Source: an uncultured Prevotella sp.
GTDB taxonomy: Bacteria > Bacillota > Clostridia > Christensenellales > UBA1242
Length of the DNA stretch: 53,721 nt
Assembly (NCBI GenBank): GCA_964638195.1
Contig: CAZXAV010000001.1
Coordinates: 1-53,721, forward strand
Direction: 5' to 3'
Made by a program: the position numbers and the translations under genes
Shown here: positions 52,811-53,721 of the stretch, in pieces
Position numbering within the stretch: the first letter of the stretch is position 1
How the letters are laid out: every line of letters begins with the position of its first letter
The notes under the pieces: model-generated
Seen by the model: only the letters and a program-made list of their open reading frames with translations
Database searches by the model: none
What the model was told of the DNA's origin: nothing

Positions 52811-53053
52811 ATGACAACTTGTGAAGCGATTGCAATTAGAGTCAAAGATTTGCTTGCCAAAAACAATATCTCGCAATATGCACTCTGCAAGAAAATCGCG
52901 ATCGACCCAAGCAATATTTACAATATTTTATACAATCGCTGCAAGACAGTTACGCTTGATAAAATTTATTTGTTAGCACAAGGTTTTGATATGACAGTGC
53001 AAGATTTTCTCAATGACCCCGTCTTTGCCATGGATAACATCGATGCAGATTAG
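52811..53053 (+). CDS. XRE-family helix-turn-helix transcriptional regulator (80 aa)
   Basis: 'IRVKDLLAKNNISQYALCKKIAIDPSNIYNILYNRCKTVTLDKIYLLAQGFDMTVQDFL' is a typical HTH_3/XRE domain. The extended -10 box TGaGATAAT (52796-52804) ends 6 nt before ATG 52811, and there is no SD. Confidence 0.8.
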   Translation: MTTCEAIAIRVKDLLAKNNISQYALCKKIAIDPSNIYNILYNRCKTVTLDKIYLLAQGFDMTVQDFLNDPVFAMDNIDAD

Positions 53054-53104
53054 TGCATGGTTGCATCAATATCAAACTTAAATCTGAAACTTGAGCGCTA
53101 TAAT

Positions 53105-53584
53105 TTATAATTCTTGCCAATTTACTTTAATTGCATCAAGGATTATTTTTATCTTGGTAGAATCGAATATAACTGTTGCAATGTTCTCATTAGGATGAAA
53201 CCCTACTTTGCTGGCAGATAGTAATGCTTTTGATACAAAAACGGTTAGGTTGGTTTTGTCGGCAAAAAATAAACTTAATAAGGAAACAGATCCGGTTGTA
53301 GCATTAAGAACGTGTGTAACAGTTTCGGCATCTGAAAAACTCAACTTTTTCTCATTTGTTATTGATTGAAGCGTTTTTATGTCCACTTTTTCGGATAATG
53401 GTAATATGACCAGATAATAGTGCGATTTATCTTTATTCGTTAGCACTAGACATTTTGATGATGTGCAATTTAATTTTACACCATATTTATCAGCATCTCC
53501 TTCGTGAAATAGTGGCGGATGCGATACAACATCGAAATCAATGTCTAGTGCTTTTAGTTGATTCAATATTTCTGCTTGTTGCAC
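53105..53584 (-). CDS. YbaK/ProX-like aminoacyl-tRNA deacylase domain protein
   Basis: The sequence 'ILNQLKALDIDFDVVSHPPLFHEGDADKYG...SKCLVLTNKDKSHYYLVILPLSEKVDIKTL...TGSVSLLSL...VGFHPNENIATV' has the YbaK/prolyl-tRNA editing domain layout. The start is uncertain. The longest ORF reaches 53650, but its cysteine-rich first 20 residues look spurious. GTG 53584 lies 6 nt after a TTGCGA-17-TATTGT promoter-like element. Confidence 0.6.
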   Translation of the reverse strand: MQQAEILNQLKALDIDFDVVSHPPLFHEGDADKYGVKLNCTSSKCLVLTNKDKSHYYLVILPLSEKVDIKTLQSITNEKKLSFSDAETVTHVLNATTGSVSLLSLFFADKTNLTVFVSKALLSASKVGFHPNENIATVIFDSTKIKIILDAIKVNWQEL

Positions 53585-53658
53585 AAACACACAATACTGT
53601 AAATAACTTAAATTCGCAACTATTACACATCGGCATATCCATATCATCAAATAAACAA

Positions 53659-53690
53659 CAAAAAAACCGCTCTTACGAACGGGTTTTTAA
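53659..53690 (-). terminator. Candidate intrinsic terminator for a minus-strand gene entering from the right edge
   Basis: The minus strand reads AAAAACCCGTTCGTAAGAGCGGTTTTTTT, a short imperfect stem (CCGTTC/GAGCGG) followed by T7. It lies directly after an in-frame TAA (53687-53689) that closes an open frame from the window edge. Confidence 0.4.
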
Positions 53691-53721
53691 TGGAACTTGC
53701 GTCTACCTAGATTGTCGGGCC

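Noticed and set aside
53687-53721. A 31-35-nt fragment at the right edge (minus strand GGCCCGACAATCTAGGTAGACGCAAGTTCCATTAA) that might be the 3' end of an RNA gene (tRNA, tmRNA, RNase P or SRP) or of a CDS (...PDNLGRRKFH*).
   Set aside because: It does not match tRNA acceptor or T-arm patterns, or the 3' ends of the structured RNAs I can recall. One frame is open to the edge and ends in TAA just before the hairpin, so a CDS 3' end is likeliest. Ten codons are too few to call.
1-53721. I looked for CRISPR arrays, rRNA and tRNA genes, IS elements or transposases, prophage structural genes and riboswitches.
   Set aside because: No short regularly spaced direct repeats, cloverleaf-compatible segments or transposase-like ORFs were seen. 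All intergenic regions are under 175 nt and are explained by promoters or terminators. A computational scan (Infernal, tRNAscan, ISEScan) would be needed for certainty.

Overview
This is a 53.7-kb chromosomal segment from a mid/low-GC bacterium using the standard genetic code. It looks Firmicutes/Clostridia-like: it carries an mrnC-rlmB-sigma cluster in the Bacillus cysS-mrnC-rlmB-(yacP)-sigH arrangement, a SpoVB/MurJ-like flippase and a DUF421/DUF4363 pair. About 58% of the window is occupied by three membrane-anchored surface-protein genes. The first is an uninterrupted 20.5-kb ORF (6,838 aa, 3569-24085, minus) with an N-terminal anchor. The second is a 7.9-kb ORF (2,646 aa, 28588-36528, minus) with a signal peptide and a C-terminal TM helix plus basic tail. 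The third is a 2.7-kb ORF (895 aa, 41029-43716, plus), also C-terminally anchored and followed by two small single-pass membrane proteins. The two giants each have a near-consensus sigma-A promoter and a strikingly similar leader. The 2,646-aa gene sits directly behind an apparently orphan VirD4/TraG-type coupling ATPase, and I see no other T4SS or relaxase gene in the window. Two tandem CPBP intramembrane proteases and a DUF4097-like beta-helix membrane protein lie between the giants. My main candidate for an undescribed system is this giant-surface-protein, orphan-T4CP and CPBP neighbourhood. Housekeeping genes fill the rest: pheS (partial), recD2, tadA, an MBL hydrolase, a nucleoside phosphorylase, Ppx/GppA, uvrA, rlmB, mrnC and a YbaK-like deacylase. 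Other notable signals follow. At least seven transcription units appear leaderless, with a -10 box 6-7 nt before the ATG and no SD. UvrA lacks most of its insertion domain. An AT-rich islet carries an XRE repressor, palindromic operators and two zinc-ribbon membrane proteins. I found no rRNA, tRNA, CRISPR array, transposase or integrase.
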